Notes: generated by a model not told the origin, from the letters alone. A stretch of DNA of 63,231 nt, filler included, from Reticulomyxa filosa (GCA_000512085.1; 22 parts of 22 records of this genome joined end to end with filler, not necessarily neighbours in it), one strand, 5' to 3'; shown: positions 23,858 to 38,404, counted from the first letter of the whole stretch. Program-made: numbers and translations.

Positions 23858-24827
23858 CAACAACGAAAGCAAGAAAAATATCCGTGTCCAAAAGAATTGG
23901 TATGGACATGTTTGTTTGACATGTGCCGAGTCAGTGGCAGGAAGCGAATGGTCAGCTCATGCGAATTCAGAGAGTCATCAAAGCAAGTATCTGGAAGGAT
24001 CGTGGAGCATCAAGCGACATCGTTTGTATCCAGTTGATGTGTTGTCGATATTGGAGTCAATGGTACCTCTGAAGAGCGACGCTTTTTTCGCGACACACAT
24101 TTGCCAATATAATAAAGGGCAGCGCATTTTGACGATTGGAGAATGGGACTTTGCGTTGGCCAAAAGTCTGTGTGTGCTGTTTGACGGAACTGCACGCAAT
24201 ATTGTGTCCACGACGCATGTGATGGACGTGCTCGCTCATGGTCGGTCGGACTTTCATTATGACACCTTTCAACAGTCTTGCCAACAAAACATCGACTATT
24301 TGCAAATCAGACATGGTCGATGCTTGAAACAAATCGACCCGGCCAATATTTACTCCAGCTTAGTTCGTGCACGTGCTTGGGATGACAAAAATGCACCTTT
24401 TGATGTCATCATTTGGCCATTTCCACGTGCCTCCGAACGTGTCGAAGAAGATGATGTAAGGACGTCGATCATCATACAGTCTTTTTTTTTTCAGATGATG
24501 GAACACCGTGCTCAGCTCCTGCGACGTGACAATGGCTGTATTCAATTCATTTGCTTTGAAAAACAAATTGTTGACTATGATATTATCAATATCGCTGCTT
24601 ATTATGGCTGGAAGGTCACTCGAAGAGGGCTCCTCAATTTGCATCAGCTTCCTGGATATATCCCTCTTGAAATGGTTTTCCATCATTCTACTGTACCACA
24701 AATGCTTGTCTTTCAGTTTGACCACACCTTTGTTCCCTCTCCTACTTTGAAACTTCTCTCCAAATTCAATCATTTAGCTTTCTTAGACGGCGAATTATTC
24801 GCCTATGTCAATTTTCCGCAAACTTAA
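22970..24827 (+). CDS. Zinc finger + BMT5-like (DUF2431, rRNA m3U methyltransferase-like) protein
   Basis: CLTCAES...WSAHANSESH is a U1/matrin-like C2H2 finger. RILTIGEWDFALAKSL...NIVSTT, IDPANI, FDVIIWPFP and LPGY match BMT5-like motifs. Poly-Asn tract present. The 5' exon structure is uncertain. Confidence 0.65.
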
Positions 24828-25102
24828 ATCCCCCTTTTCTTCACTCGCTTTTTTTCCCTCTTCCCATGCAACTCTTTCAAATGCTATCATTCTTGAACTT
24901 GTTTTTTTCTACAAACTCGGTTTTTTTCAAGTTTAGAGTAATTGTCAAAACGCTGCACATGTCTAAAGTATCCACAAAAAAAAACCCAATCAAACTCTAA
25001 ATAAAGTTCATGCCTGCAATGAACACCGCACTGTGAACGTCAAAAACTGAAAAGAGTGGTTCCCCTTTTATATCCATCTTTGGCATTATATAAGGAACTG
25101 GC

Positions 25103-26730
25103 ATGAAATCTAATTCGTTAAAAATCTTTCCTTATTTGTCTAATAATTCCAATGCGTTGGTATTTCCCAAATATTTACGAGTGAAGTTCATCTTTCGTCC
25201 CTCTCGCTTGTTTTCGGTCAAGGAAAAGCCGCCAGTTCGGTTAAAGGAAAGCAAGGTACCGATTCGAATCCATCAACCGCGACAAAAACAAGTTGTGCGA
25301 CCTGGTATTTTGCATATGTATAAACTTAAACCGTTGTTTGTAAACGTCATCAAGGCCAAGTAATACAAAAAAAAAAAAAAAAAGAAGCCAATGAAAATGA
25401 AAACACCAACAATAATAATAATAATAATAATAATAATTAAAAAACTAATAAAAAGAAAACTCAAAAGTATCCTCAATACCAAGATGGGAGATCTATGCCG
25501 GAATAATCCTTGGGTCATTGACATTTATACCCTTTATCTATTTTTTGATAATGTTGAAATGGCACGACTTGCCACGGCCTCCTCAATCCAACGAGACAAG
25601 TGCAAGCGAAGCAATGACAGCAACAGAGGAAGACGGAACAAAGCAACATACCATTACAAGTCGCGAAGCGGTGGTATTGCAACTGTTATCGCGACTGCAA
25701 CGATTAGAATCCAATCAATTGCGACTCGCTCCGCAAGAATTGGAAAGGTACCCCGAATTGAAAGACACCGAAGTTTCCAGAAATTCCGACATCTTTCTCC
25801 AGGCCGTCCACGAGTCCAAGGCCAAGTTTTGGAGCAGATATTCCGCCCAAGAATTTCTGCAGTGGAAGCGTAATGACCTGCTCGAAGTCAAGTTTTTCAT
25901 GGCCAATGTGACCTCTTTTTCCGTTTCGGCCCTCCCGCCGCTTGAGCAAATCATCTTTGAGCCCGCCATCAAAAACGTCGAAATCTTTGCATTTAACAAG
26001 GATTGTTCAGTTTCATTCGTTGTGCTAACTATATGACATTACATACACAAATATGTATTTTTGTAAACCTTTTAAACCGTGCTCAATCCCATATATGTAT
26101 ATACATATATATATATTTATACATATATGTTTTATATTGTATGACTTAGTCTTTGTTAAAATGTAACTCACATTTTAACAAATACTTTGACTATTTTAAG
26201 CAGTGATTTAATGTTTATATACACATATATAATTATATACGTATACATGAAAAGTGTTAGAGGAATTTCGTGTGATTGCTTCGTTTCGTGAAAAAGAGAT
26301 TGCTTTGGAACACTTGAATGCGGTGATAATCCCAATAGGATATAAGCGGTACTACTTGCGTCCTGGATTACACGCGGATGGCACTAGCAACTTGGATGAG
26401 TGGAGCATTCACTGCGATGTCAAATTCAACTCTTTGTCCACTGTTCTTTGGGACTCCATGCAGAAATATAGGAAGATTTTAAAGTATTACTCACTTCGCA
26501 AAGAAGCTCTGAAAACCAAACAAAAGAGTGAGTTGTTTCCGTATGCATATCAATTCTTGGATCATGACACTTTAAAAAAAAGCAAATTGTTGTTTCGGCA
26601 TTATCGAATATATCATGCCAAAGAGATTGAAAGAGAAATGCAAAAAATTAAACAACAACAGCAAGAAAATATTAAAAAAAGTGATCTTCAAGACAAAATT
26701 AATCTTGCAAAGCAAAAACAAAACTTATGA
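25103..26730 (+). CDS. Hypothetical single-TM protein with a possible mitochondrial presequence (3 exons)
   Basis: Basic N-terminus with no acidic residue before RPSRLFS. The intron 25360-25483 joins in frame to a TM segment WEIYAGIILGSLTFIPFIYFLIML. Last exon about 26255-26730. Confidence 0.55.
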
Positions 26731-28798
26731 TTTCTTTCCTTTTTTTTAACATTTCGAACAAACAACGTTTACTAATTTTTTTATTGATCACAAAAAAAGT
26801 CATTTTCTTTTTACTGACAATTATTAATGGATACGTAACTAAATTATTACTTAAAATGCATAAGTTTTTTAAAACCAATGTAAATTGCTGGAAGAAAGTG
26901 TAGATCTACTTTCTAATTAATAATTCAGTTTTATTTTTGATTCTTTAAAAAAATCACTTCGTTGCTATCACTGCGAAGGTTTGTTTGTAGAGTGACTCTT
27001 TTTTTTTCCCCCTCAAAGAAATACAATTTAAAACAAATGACTAATTGTACGTAATAGGCGATGGAGGTGGATACGTTGGAGGATGTGTTGTCGAGCACAA
27101 TGAGTTTTTTGGCAGATTTAATCACTATGGTGCATTGTCTTACAACTGTGATCAATGGGACGAGTCATGGAATCTGGAGTCAATACTTCTCATGGACGCG
27201 TTCATATTAACTTCTTATCATCTCCTCTTGGGAGATCAGCATTATTATTATTATTATTACTTTTTTAACTTTGGAATCAAAAAGTGATTATAAGAAGAAA
27301 AGATAACAACCATTCCGCAGCAGCAAGGAGAGCAATCTGTTCAAAAACAATATAGATTTGTAAGAAGAAAAAAAGTAAAGATTATTCGTCATAAATTTTA
27401 TATTTGGAATATCCAAATGAAGTCTCCAGAATATCCATTGCACTCTACGAGATCAATTAACGAAAAACAGTAAAGGTGATGTATTGGATAGATTACTTTT
27501 TGACTTGGAGGATTTGAAAAAAATGACAAAAAACAAACTATCCTTTGCTCTCGGACTTCCACAACGTTGTTCAAAGTCGGCTTGGTCTCTTTCACAGTCA
27601 CTGTTGTCACCGTTTTGGTCGATGTGTTCTTCACCGTCGTTTGCTTTACGTAATGTACCCCCATCAGACCTTCCATCATCGTATATGTTTTTTTTTTTAT
27701 CATGTATATGCAAATGTTGACAATCGATTATATATTATACACACATCAATAATTAACAAAAAAANNNNNNNNNNNNNNNNNNNNNNNNNNNNNNNNNNNN
27801 NNNNNNNNTTAATTAATTAANNNNNNNNNNNNNNNNNNNNNNNNNNNNNNNNNNNNNNNNNNNNTCAAATATTACTTCAATATCTTAATATTTTAATATA
27901 GCACAAATAAGAATGAATTGTATGTGATTAATTATTACCAAAAAAAAAAAAAATAGTGTAAATTTATGTTTTGGCACATTAAGACATTAAAGATTTGTTT
28001 TTATGCTTTTAATTATGAATATTTCATGCCACTTTATGAAGATGATCGATTTACTTTTTTTTAGACATTGTAATGAGATATCATTCTTCAAAACGAAGCT
28101 ATAGCAACTTTGGATTTGCGTTGAAAACACAATACATGTGACAACTGGTATTAGTAAAAATATCACCTTCCAATATTTACTTGTTATTGCTATCATTCAT
28201 AATAATAACTCAACATATGCGATTAAATTTTATTGTTACAAGAATGATCATATCTCTAATATAAATTAGAAAATAACACTGATTGATATTATCTCTACAA
28301 ATGAAAATATGGAAATTAGGTCATCAAAATATTGAATAAAACATTTTGTCAAGGAATTTACACTTTGGTGCTGATTTTCCAAATTCCCATGCAAAAAAAA
28401 ATACAATAATGTTAGTTGAAAAAAAATCGTGCATTTTTTTCTTCTTCGTAATCATCTATGTCAGAGACTTTTTGTCTTTCAAAATACAATTCGGTAAAGT
28501 GGATGTTTTTCTTTATTTTTTGTCTGGCACTGTTATCACCAATTGGATTTTATTTTCATTCACAGTGATACTGTTTTGTTTGAAATACTCCATGGCCTTT
28601 TGTTTACAGAATTTCAAAGCACTGAAAAACATAATTTCGGATTGAACACAAACTCCATTTATCAATTTCTGCTTTTTTTTCACAGTTGATTGTGTCTTTG
28701 TTTGGTATTCACCTGTCACATTTTATTTTTTTTTTGAAATTGTGAACGCAGTGTTTATGAACAAACAAAAAGTAATTTTAAAAAATTAAATCATATAG

Positions 28799-29330
28799 AT
28801 CCATGGATTAAATGCTCGCCACATTTTATGGAAGTGGAAAAAGTGTATTATCTCAAAGAATTGCATATGTATGTGCAAATATCAAACGCATTGCAAATGA
28901 AATTGAGAAAGACACCCATTACAATTGCACTAACAATAAAATTTTTGTGTGATCGTCCCAATGCAATGTGTTTATATCTAACTAATCCACAAATGTTAAA
29001 TATGATTGAATTCCAATCACAAGATATTCAAAATTATGTTTATACTATTTTCAAAATATTCAAATTGATGACAGGAATAACTCTCAAGCAGATTTGTGAT
29101 AAAGAAATTGAATAACAATACAAATTTGAAACTATTAAACCATACATCTTTGTATTTGCGTTTGTTTAATTATTTGATAAAATAAAATAAACACCCAAAC
29201 TAAATGAAGAAATGATGTTTACCATTTTCGAAATACAACAAAAATATTTCAATTGTATCAAATCAATTCATTTGTATTTTTACAAAAACATCCACTACAT
29301 CTAATGAATCCTGTGTATTTTTCTCATTTG
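28799..29330 (+). pseudogene. Decayed fragment, possibly of a NACHT/STAND NTPase gene
   Basis: LRKTPITIALTIKFL and, downstream, NPVYFSHL recall the GxP-region and FxHLxFQE motifs of NACHT proteins. Multiple stops; weak match. Confidence 0.25.
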
Positions 29331-29969
29331 ATCAATTGTTTGTAGAACCAAAAGAATCAATAATCATCAGCAAGTATGTTACATTTCTTTTTTTTCATGT
29401 TTTCCCTAATATTCACAGCTTATTGGCTGTGGTTTTTATCTTTTTTTTTTATTGTTTATTATCAACAATAATCTATTCCATATTAGAAAACAAAAATTTA
29501 CGTTCATATTTGTATGGAATATCAATGAAAAACTGACCATATTTACTTATCCAATCCAAGACAAAAAAATTGAAATGATTTTTTACAAATGTGCATCCTT
29601 TTAAAAAAACCAAATTGCACACAAATGACAAACATCATCTTGGACTTTTCAAAAAATTTTGAATATTTTNNNNNNNNNNNNNNNNNNNNNNNNNNNNNNN
29701 NNNNNNNNNNNNNTTAATTAATTAANNNNNNNNNNNNNNNNNNNNNNNNNNNNNNNNNNNNNNNNNNNNAAAAAAAAAAGAATTTTTCGTTGCAGTGAAC
29801 GTGTAAAATATTGAATTGCATAAAAAAGTTGGACTTTCTTTGATCAAACACCTTTAAGGCAAGGTTTGACTAAAAAATCGAAATAAATCAACAAACACAA
29901 AAAAACAAACAAAAAAAGAAAAACCGTCGATTACATTGGTCATACTCTCACAATTTTAATGGTTTTAAA

Positions 29970-30316
29970 CTAGTCGTTTTTTCTTCTGAAAGATGTTCGT
30001 TCTGCGAGTCTGGCTTTTCCACCTGTTGGACGGCACAATACTTTTTTGGCAACCACCACATACCACTGTAGTACTTGCATGAGAGAATACAGGTTGTCTA
30101 TTCCAACGAGACATTAACAAAACGTGTACTTAAGGTGAAAAAGGTGGCACAACGAAAAATCGCAATCCAAGAAGGAGAAAAAAAAACTAACATTGTAAAG
30201 CAACCATCACATTTCACATCGATCCAGTAGGAGTTTGGTGCCTGGACTAGTCGTTTGGTTTTATATTTTCTTTTCTCATGCTTTTTTGTTGGTTGAAGCA
30301 AATCTGGGACTGGCAT
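29970..30316 (-). CDS. RPS27: 40S ribosomal protein S27 (eS27)
   Basis: [38 protein letters not shown], intron 30098-30191, then [30 protein letters not shown]. One extra base in the T6 run at 30042-30047 shifts the frame. Confidence 0.96.
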
Positions 30317-32110
30317 TTTTATTCTTTTTTCTCAAATTGACCAATAATAAGGAATCGAACAGCCAACAAATATGATTGAGAAACCACAATTCAAAAAAGG
30401 AAAAAGCAAAATTCAATTTTTATTCACCTCCTTTTTTCTGGTTTGAAGCTTTTATTATGAAAATATAACTACGTAAAATTTTTTTGATGATCAAATATTC
30501 ATAACAATCTTTTCTTACTAAAAAATTGTTAAATTTATACAATGAAATTGATTACTTTTGTAACGTTGGACTATGAGGTTGAGAGATTATTATGATATTT
30601 TTTTGTTTACAGATTGCTACCAAGAGAAAAAAAAGATTCACATTGTGCAATGGCGTAAGGTAATCCTATACCACTCTGGACCTTTTTTTTCTTTTTCTTT
30701 CCCGTATTGGTTGTATTGCTTTGTTCATTTTTTCCTTTGTACAAAAATCGGGCTAAACTATCTCCATTTTAACAATATGAGCGAAGATGGCAATAACAAC
30801 GTACAGCAACAAAAGCCATTATGTTTTTTCTGCGTTAAAGAATCCAAAAAAATTGTACTAACGCTAATTCTTTTTTTTAAATCTCATTTAGAAAATTATA
30901 TTCAAAAAGAATATCAATAAAAAAATATAACTAAGATTTTGAAAGTGGGTGGATAAATCCTTGAAATCACAAAAATTTTGCCATAAAAACAAAACTTTCA
31001 AAATTTAAATGTTTCAAAAACTTCTTTAATATTAAATTATTCTGCAACTACAATCATGCAATTGTGTGGTACAATCAATATTGTAATTTTGTGATAAAAA
31101 TAATAAATTTTTCTTTCCTAGTCAAGTCGTTCTTTTTTTTACTTTTAAGCGACTTTTTTCATACACTTCCACTTTTAAAAAAATCTAAACTTGAGTTTAT
31201 CAACATTTACAACATGGCAACCAAATCTTTCAAACTTTGAAGAAGCTGCACATTCTACTTAGTATTGTTATAGTTTAACTCACTGGGGCTCCACTGATAA
31301 CTGAGTCATAATTGAACCAATGTTGTTATTGATGAATGATTTGAGTGGAATGTCTTAGTTTTTATTAGCTCCATTGTTTCACAAATCATCAATAATAAAT
31401 TGTATATTATTATATGCACATGAATATATTGCATGACTGTTACTTCAAGATGAAATAGTTGAACAAATTATCAATACTTATTTGATTAAAAAAAAATGAA
31501 AAGAATATCTTATTGGAATATATCGATTTAAGCACAATGTTAAGACAATATTTAATTTTCAATTTGAATAATTGTTTCTTTTGATTCAAATTTCTTTTGG
31601 AAGATTTGAATTTGGATAATCTTACATTTTCAACGACGATATTTTCAATCATAGTGAAAAAATTCTTAAAGAAAAAAATAACTGTGAAACTGATTTTGAG
31701 CAAGATTATAAAGGTGTGCTCATGTGTATTACTTCTCTCTATAAGCTCTTTTGAAAAGAAGTATGACAATTGTCCAAAGATTCATACTTGATTTTCAACA
31801 CAATTGATATGACGATCATTTGTAATAAATTCAAATTTTCAAATTTTTTGACAATGAAGAAACTTTGATTCTTCTGATATTGAACAAATTTGATTAAAGT
31901 TTCAATAAAAATAAAAACAATTATTTTCTTGATACGTTTGAAGAAAAATTAATATTGAATTTCCATCAATTCCACATGTGATTATTGAAATGAGCTCAAT
32001 CTTTTATTTTNNNNNNNNNNNNNNNNNNNNNNNNNNNNNNNNNNNNNNNNNNNNTTAATTAATTAANNNNNNNNNNNNNNNNNNNNNNNNNNNNNNNNNN
32101 NNNNNNNNNN

Positions 32111-33246
32111 CATCATCATCATCATCATCATTACCAATAAAAAAGGGGAGAACGGCCTCAGTAACAACGCCATTGGTGATATTTCGAGAGAGCAGTGGCA
32201 ATGAAAGCGACTCGGAGATGTCAACGAAGAAGAAAGGCAAGACGACCCAAGCGACAAAAATAAGACCTGAGTCGACGCGTCTGAATCGACCCGAGTCTGC
32301 ATTTTCATTTAGCAACGCGGTGAGTGCGATTCTGTCTACGCCAGTGAGCACGAAGATTACAGCGAGTGCAGAAAAAGAAAGACATGGTCCAACAAATAAG
32401 CCACTTGCACAAAATGGACAACCAAAGACCAAGACTACGACTACTACAATTATGACGACTGTGAGCAATGCCAAGTCTATTGCACCTTCGAAAACCATTT
32501 CAACGCCGAATGTGGCTGCGAGTACTCCGGTAAGTCCGAAGCCGACCAAGACGAGTCTTACCATATCGACGCCGGCGAATAATGTTGTTCCCAAAAGTGG
32601 CTTATCTGCTTCCTCCTCCTCCTCCAAAATGGCTTCCATTGTTACGCCCCAGTCAGCACGATCCCCTTCTAATTTTACGTATGATGATAATGATAATGAT
32701 GATGATAATGATGATGATAATGATGATGATAATGATAATGATGGTAATGATAATGATAATTCAGCAATGGGGTAATGGACATGGATGAATGGAATGCTGT
32801 CAGTTCCTTAAGTCGCATGAACGGATTAAAAAAATTGTCCATTTCCAAGTCGTCTGCGATATCCCGGAAAAGCAAAGTCTCCTTGTCACCCGACGATGAA
32901 AGGATCGTGTTTGAAGAAACTGCCAAAAGTCCTTATCAACGCAATTCGCTGCTCTCTCCCCATCCCAATGACAATGCCTTCCCGTCCACCGATGCGCATC
33001 CATCTCACCGAAATACGTCCTTGAAAGTATCAAATCCGACAGAACTGACTTCACGAAAGTCCTTGTCCAATCATGGGCGCACATCCTTCACGGACTCTGC
33101 CGTCTCCACGACAGCCAATGTCAAGCCGTCGCCGCAGCAAAGGCTAAGTGATGTCGAAAAAAAAGCCTCCGAGACAAAGTACAGCATCGGGGATTTAGTG
33201 TTGCTCACTTACAATCGAGAAGGCATTATTCGATATATCGGCACAG
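32111..33246 (+). CDS. Ser/Thr-rich protein fragment leading into a CAP-Gly-like domain
   Basis: Ends YSIGDLVLLTYNREGIIRYIGT before a GT donor, as at the start of CAP-Gly domains. Frame break at the G4 run 32769-32772; (GAT/AAT) microsatellite in the CDS. Confidence 0.6.
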
Positions 33247-34495
33247 TTTGTTATGGAGTATATACATATATGTATATATATGTATATATATGTATATATA
33301 TGTATANNNNNNNNNNNNNNNNNNNNNNNNNNNNNNNNNNNNNNNNNNNNTTAATTAATTAANNNNNNNNNNNNNNNNNNNNNNNNNNNNNNNNNNNNNN
33401 NNNNNNTATTATTATTGAAATTTTATTTTTACATCTTGAATAAACAACGTCATCGAGAAGAATTTTGTTTTTCAGACGAAGCAAATTTCAACTTACAAGT
33501 TCCATCAATTTATATGAGGGAAAAAGCCTAATGAATCCATTTGCAACAGTTTTTAAAATATTCAGAAAAATTACAGCTGCTAGCCTTTTTTTTTCTTGTC
33601 CGCAAAGCAGAAACATACCCCAAATTAATACAGTTTTTATCGCTCCAAAGAAAATAGTTGCAATATCTTTGTTTGTCAAATTAATTTTTCAAAGCATTTG
33701 TTTTCCTTTTTAATGATTTCTATTCTAGCAAAATTCCAACAACAAGTTGTTTCAGAAATATTGAATTTATTTGATGGAAATGCTGATTAGACAAAGGCTA
33801 TTCTGATTTTGATTGCAGAAAACACATTGCCGAGAATTCTTTACTTTTTTTAAATATAAACGTAAATATCATTGTAGCGTCTTTAATAACAAATTGCCAT
33901 TGCACGAAAAGATAGAATATTACAGTTCAAAATTTTAAATATGAAGAGAAGACAAATAAGTTCAATGTAAATTTTTCAATGTTAGAAAATGCAAAATGTT
34001 GATTGAGCAGGAATCACAAGCTGCATAACTTTACAAAAAAGTTTTAGGACAAAAAAATTAGTGGAGAACACTATTAAAAACTCCAATCATTTTATAATGC
34101 AAAGAAACGAAGGATAAAATACCATCGAATTTTCTTTTAAGTCTTAACACAATGACAAAGACTAAATGTAAATACAATTTCAAGCTACACAATTATAAAT
34201 CATTTCAAGAAAAGTACAACCTCTGTGTTTCCGATATTTTCATTATTCAGGACTGTCACAATCTCAGTCTTGGTTGATAGGTAACAATGTTTAACAAATG
34301 GTATTAATTTTTCAATGAAAGTTCTCGATACAATAATTCAACCTTTCATACATTTCAATTTTCGTTGCTCAAATTATGTTTAACCAAATAAAAAATATCA
34401 ATGTAAAATATTTTTGTTTTCTCAAAAAGGGTCAGGTCGCAGCCCCTTTTTCTAAAAAAAATTAAACTAAAAAAAACTTCCTGAACATCAACAAC

Positions 34496-35812
34496 ATGGC
34501 CAAGCAAATTACAACACAAAACTCTCCTGAAACAGAAACTGAACGAAGTCAACAGATTACTACCCACTTTCAAACTTTGAAGGAGTTGCCCATTCAACTT
34601 GAACAATCTCAATGTGTGCTACACAAACACGAACTCCTCATTTGTGGATGTTATGTTGAAAGAGCTTGTTATTCTTATCATACACTCAAAGACGAATACA
34701 AGTTTATATGTGAGTATCCAAGTGATGTTAAATTAAAAGGACACTGTGTAGTGAAACTGTTAGATAGCAACAGTAACAACGACAAAGACAACAATCAAAT
34801 TACTTTGTTGTCTTTTGGTGGATCTCTAATTACAAAAAGACATACATTGATGATGAAATATGTAAGTGTTTGGAGCGATGACAACAATAATGATGATGAA
34901 AATGAAACGAATAAATCAGAGAAATTAAATGACTTGAATCGATTGAACAAATCAAACAATTACAATCAATGGCTTCCTTTCATAGATAATCACAATCATC
35001 CACTTATCATTGGAAGAGATCAAGATAGTTATGATGGAGCGCGTGCATTGATTGGTGGAATCAATAATAATTTGTTATTTATCACTTATTTTTATAATAA
35101 TATTAGTGTTTGATTTAAACACATTTCAATTTACTAAACATGACACTTTACCAGCCAAAAATATAATATATTATCATTGCTTTGTATCAAAATCAGAAAA
35201 TGGACAAGTACAAGAAATGATTAAAACAAATCAAAAAAATGAACAAAATTATCAAATGCTGTTGTTTTTTAAAGATACAGGATTATCAATTGAATATGAT
35301 GAAGATAACAACACTTTTCAATTTCATCAACTACCTGTTTGTAAGAGTATTGCACCATTCAAATTGTATGCATATGTGTGTATCAATGATATCATCTTGT
35401 TCTTTGGTGGATATAATTGGGAAAAAAAAATTTATTCAAAATCAGTGTACAAGTATTCAATTCGAGAAAACGAATGGATGACATTTCAAAACACTTTACC
35501 CAGTCCATTATATGGTTGTGTTGCAATATTGAGTGAAGAAGACAATCATATACACATTATTGGAGGAATAGATGATGAAGATACAATAGTATCAACCCAC
35601 ATGAAAACGAAAGTACGTGTATGTGATCCTTCACAGTTGGTAATGGTTTATTTATTTATTTTGATATGAAACACAAATAAGTTATATTTAATGTGATGAA
35701 TAGTCAAAAAAAGAAATAAGCTTTATTATTAAACCTTTGGTTCGAATTTTAAAGATAAAATTAGGGTGGATCAGAGATTTTGATCCAAATTATTTTTAAA
35801 TACAGTAGATAA
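34496..35812 (+). pseudogene. Kelch-like beta-propeller gene of the expanded family, frameshifted
   Basis: FQTLKELP, ELLICG, LLSFGG, ILFFGG and IHIIGG blades. A 2-bp deletion near 35105-35110 relative to the paralog at 43894, and a further indel in the last exon (35704 onward). Confidence 0.8.
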
Positions 35813-37151
35813 AATAAATTTTGAAGGGTTATAATTATTTTCAAATTATATAAAATAACAAATAATAAATTCTTTAATTCATTTTTTGAGTTTTTCATTC
35901 GTTTTTTTAAAAAAAATTGTCTTCATCAAAGAGGTTGGTCATGCATTCATCCGATATATATCTCATGTCAAACATTTTCTACATTACTCGAACTAATTGC
36001 TGCATAGCAAAATATGTTGTCATATATCAAATTCACTGATGTAATAACTGACAAAAAATCATTTACATTGTAATTTCATTTACAAATAAAATATTCATTT
36101 CTTTTCATTGACATTTGCATATCATTTGTACAAAAAATGTTGAATGTCTAGAAATAACCACATGAATTGCAAGTAATTCAAAATTATATTTCTTTGATCG
36201 AAAATATTTCTAAAGAGTTACATGTTTTATTTATTCGATCTTATCAACAAAAATCTCCTTTTTTTTTTGTTTTACTCCGATTTTATTGAATGTATAAGAA
36301 ACACTCGAATTTTTTCGGAGAAGAAATTAGATAATAATTCTACTTCATAAATGTCAATAAAATATCGTTATTATGCTCTAAGTTATTAGTTTGCGTTATT
36401 ATTTTCAATAACAGTTTTTTCAATAAAATAATTCAAGTTTTTTTTGTATTACTCCAAAAATTGATAAGAAATTAGAGTGAGATATACTCTTACAAATAGC
36501 GAATAGAATTGACCAGTGTTTGATACAATTTTTGAATGAGAAAGGACGAACAGAAAAAAAATGTATGCAATTTAAAGGTGATCTGTTCTCACCCAAGAAA
36601 ATAATAAACTCTTTAAATTAAAAAATTCCCAAAATTGTCTCTTTTTTGAAGGAATTTCAGTAAGATGAAAGAAAGTTCAAAAACTGACCTGATGTCAATA
36701 TGATGATGCACAAAAGGAAGAACTAAAAAACGATACAAACTTCTTCACAAAGTTTCCACAATCTTATATGTTTTCTACTCATTCTATAGCTTGTCAAGAT
36801 CATCTACACACCCCCCTGTTGCTCGTGTTCTCTTACAGAGCATAGAGACAGCTACTTTTTCAAGTTTACCAATTTTTTAATTGAAAAACGCCATCTTTTT
36901 TCAAATTTCAAAAGAAGATATACAAAAAAATGATTATATATCCTCCTTCTGTTATTTTTGAAAAATTGTCAAAAAAATAATTCTAAATTTAGTATTTGAA
37001 ATTCAATCAATAAAAGAGGGCATAAATTAGAATTGTTTTGAATTCTATTGANNNNNNNNNNNNNNNNNNNNNNNNNNNNNNNNNNNNNNNNNNNNTTAAT
37101 TAATTAANNNNNNNNNNNNNNNNNNNNNNNNNNNNNNNNNNNNNNNNNNNN

Positions 37152-38250
37152 CGCCGGTATACGGCGAGATGGCCACCAGATCACCCAGCGAGCTGGTGAG
37201 CAGAAGGCGGTCTCCCGCCAGCACCGGGCCGCCCCACAGGACAGGCACGCGCTTCTTGGCGTCCTCGTACCGGGTGAGCGGCGTGACCCAGCGGACCTTG
37301 CCGGTGTCGCGCACCATGGCCACCACATCGGCATTGCCGGTGACCAGGAAGAGGAAGCGACCCGCCACCCACGGCGTCTGGCTGCCGCCGATGTTGCGGT
37401 CCCACTGGCGCTGGCCCGATTGCAGGTCGATTCCGGCGATCTGGCCGGCCGAGCCCATGGCGATCACGAGGCCGCGGTCGATCACCGGGCGGCCGCGAAT
37501 GTCGGCCAGGTTGCCGAAAGCGCGAATGTCGGCGCGCGCGCCGATCAGCGATTCGTTCCAGATCTGGCGGCCGTTATCCGCGCGCAGCGCCACGACCTCG
37601 CCCGACGTGAACGGTGCGACAACGGTCTGGCCGGAGCCCGCCGGGCTGTTGCCGCCGACATAGCCCGACGTCTCCTGAAGGCCTGGGAACTGCCAGAGGT
37701 CCGAACCATCGGATGCAGCAAGTGCGTGCAGCTTGTTGTCGATGGCGATGACGTAGACCCGGTCGTTGAACACCAGCGGCGCCCCCCGCACCGGCGCACT
37801 GACGCCCGATTTCCAATCTTCCTTGCCGGTCGCCGGATCGAGCGAATAGACCATCGCGAAGCCCGTCGTGACGAACAGCTTTCCACCGTAGTAGGCCAAG
37901 CCGCCGCCGAACTCGTCGGAGTCGCGCGCCTTTTCCGGCGCCAGCGTGACCCGCCACAGCAATGCCCCCGTATCGGCATTGAAGGCCGACACCGTGCCCT
38001 GCGCGTCCTTGGCGAACACCTTGCCCTCGGCCACGACCGGCGGCGTGGTCAGGATCCGGTTCGAGCTGCTGCCAGAGCCGACATCGGCCGTCCAGATGAT
38101 CTGCGGCGAGGTCCCGATCGCCAGGTTGTGCATGGCATAGTTCGCGACGCCGCCGGACTGCGGCCAGGATTCGTTGACCGTCGGCGGCGGAAGCACGACC
38201 TGCAGGCTCGCGACATCGCTGTCGGGCTCGAGGTCCTTGCGATCGCCCAG
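37152..38250 (-). CDS. Bacterial BamB-like PQQ-repeat beta-propeller outer-membrane assembly protein, internal fragment
   Basis: Repeated AxDxxTGxxxW blades, plus WPQSGG, FGGGLA and LADIRGRPVI. GC-rich, intronless, open at both contig ends. Confidence 0.85.
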
Positions 38251-38404
38251 NNNNNNNNNNNNNNNNNNNNNNNNNNNNNNNNNNNNNNNNNNNNTTAATT
38301 AATTAANNNNNNNNNNNNNNNNNNNNNNNNNNNNNNNNNNNNNNNNNNNNTATTATTATTATTATTATTATTATTAATTGAAACAGAGACTGGAAACCAT
38401 TGGA

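Noticed and set aside
30042-30047. Programmed frameshift or pseudogenisation of RPS27
   Set aside because: The protein is otherwise intact, and the same kind of indel recurs in unrelated genes and in the bacterial contig; sequencing error is simpler.
37152-38250. Bacterial-to-eukaryote HGT, and the long antisense ORFs here and at 9385-10241
   Set aside because: No junction with host DNA is visible. Shadow ORFs are expected in high-GC coding DNA.
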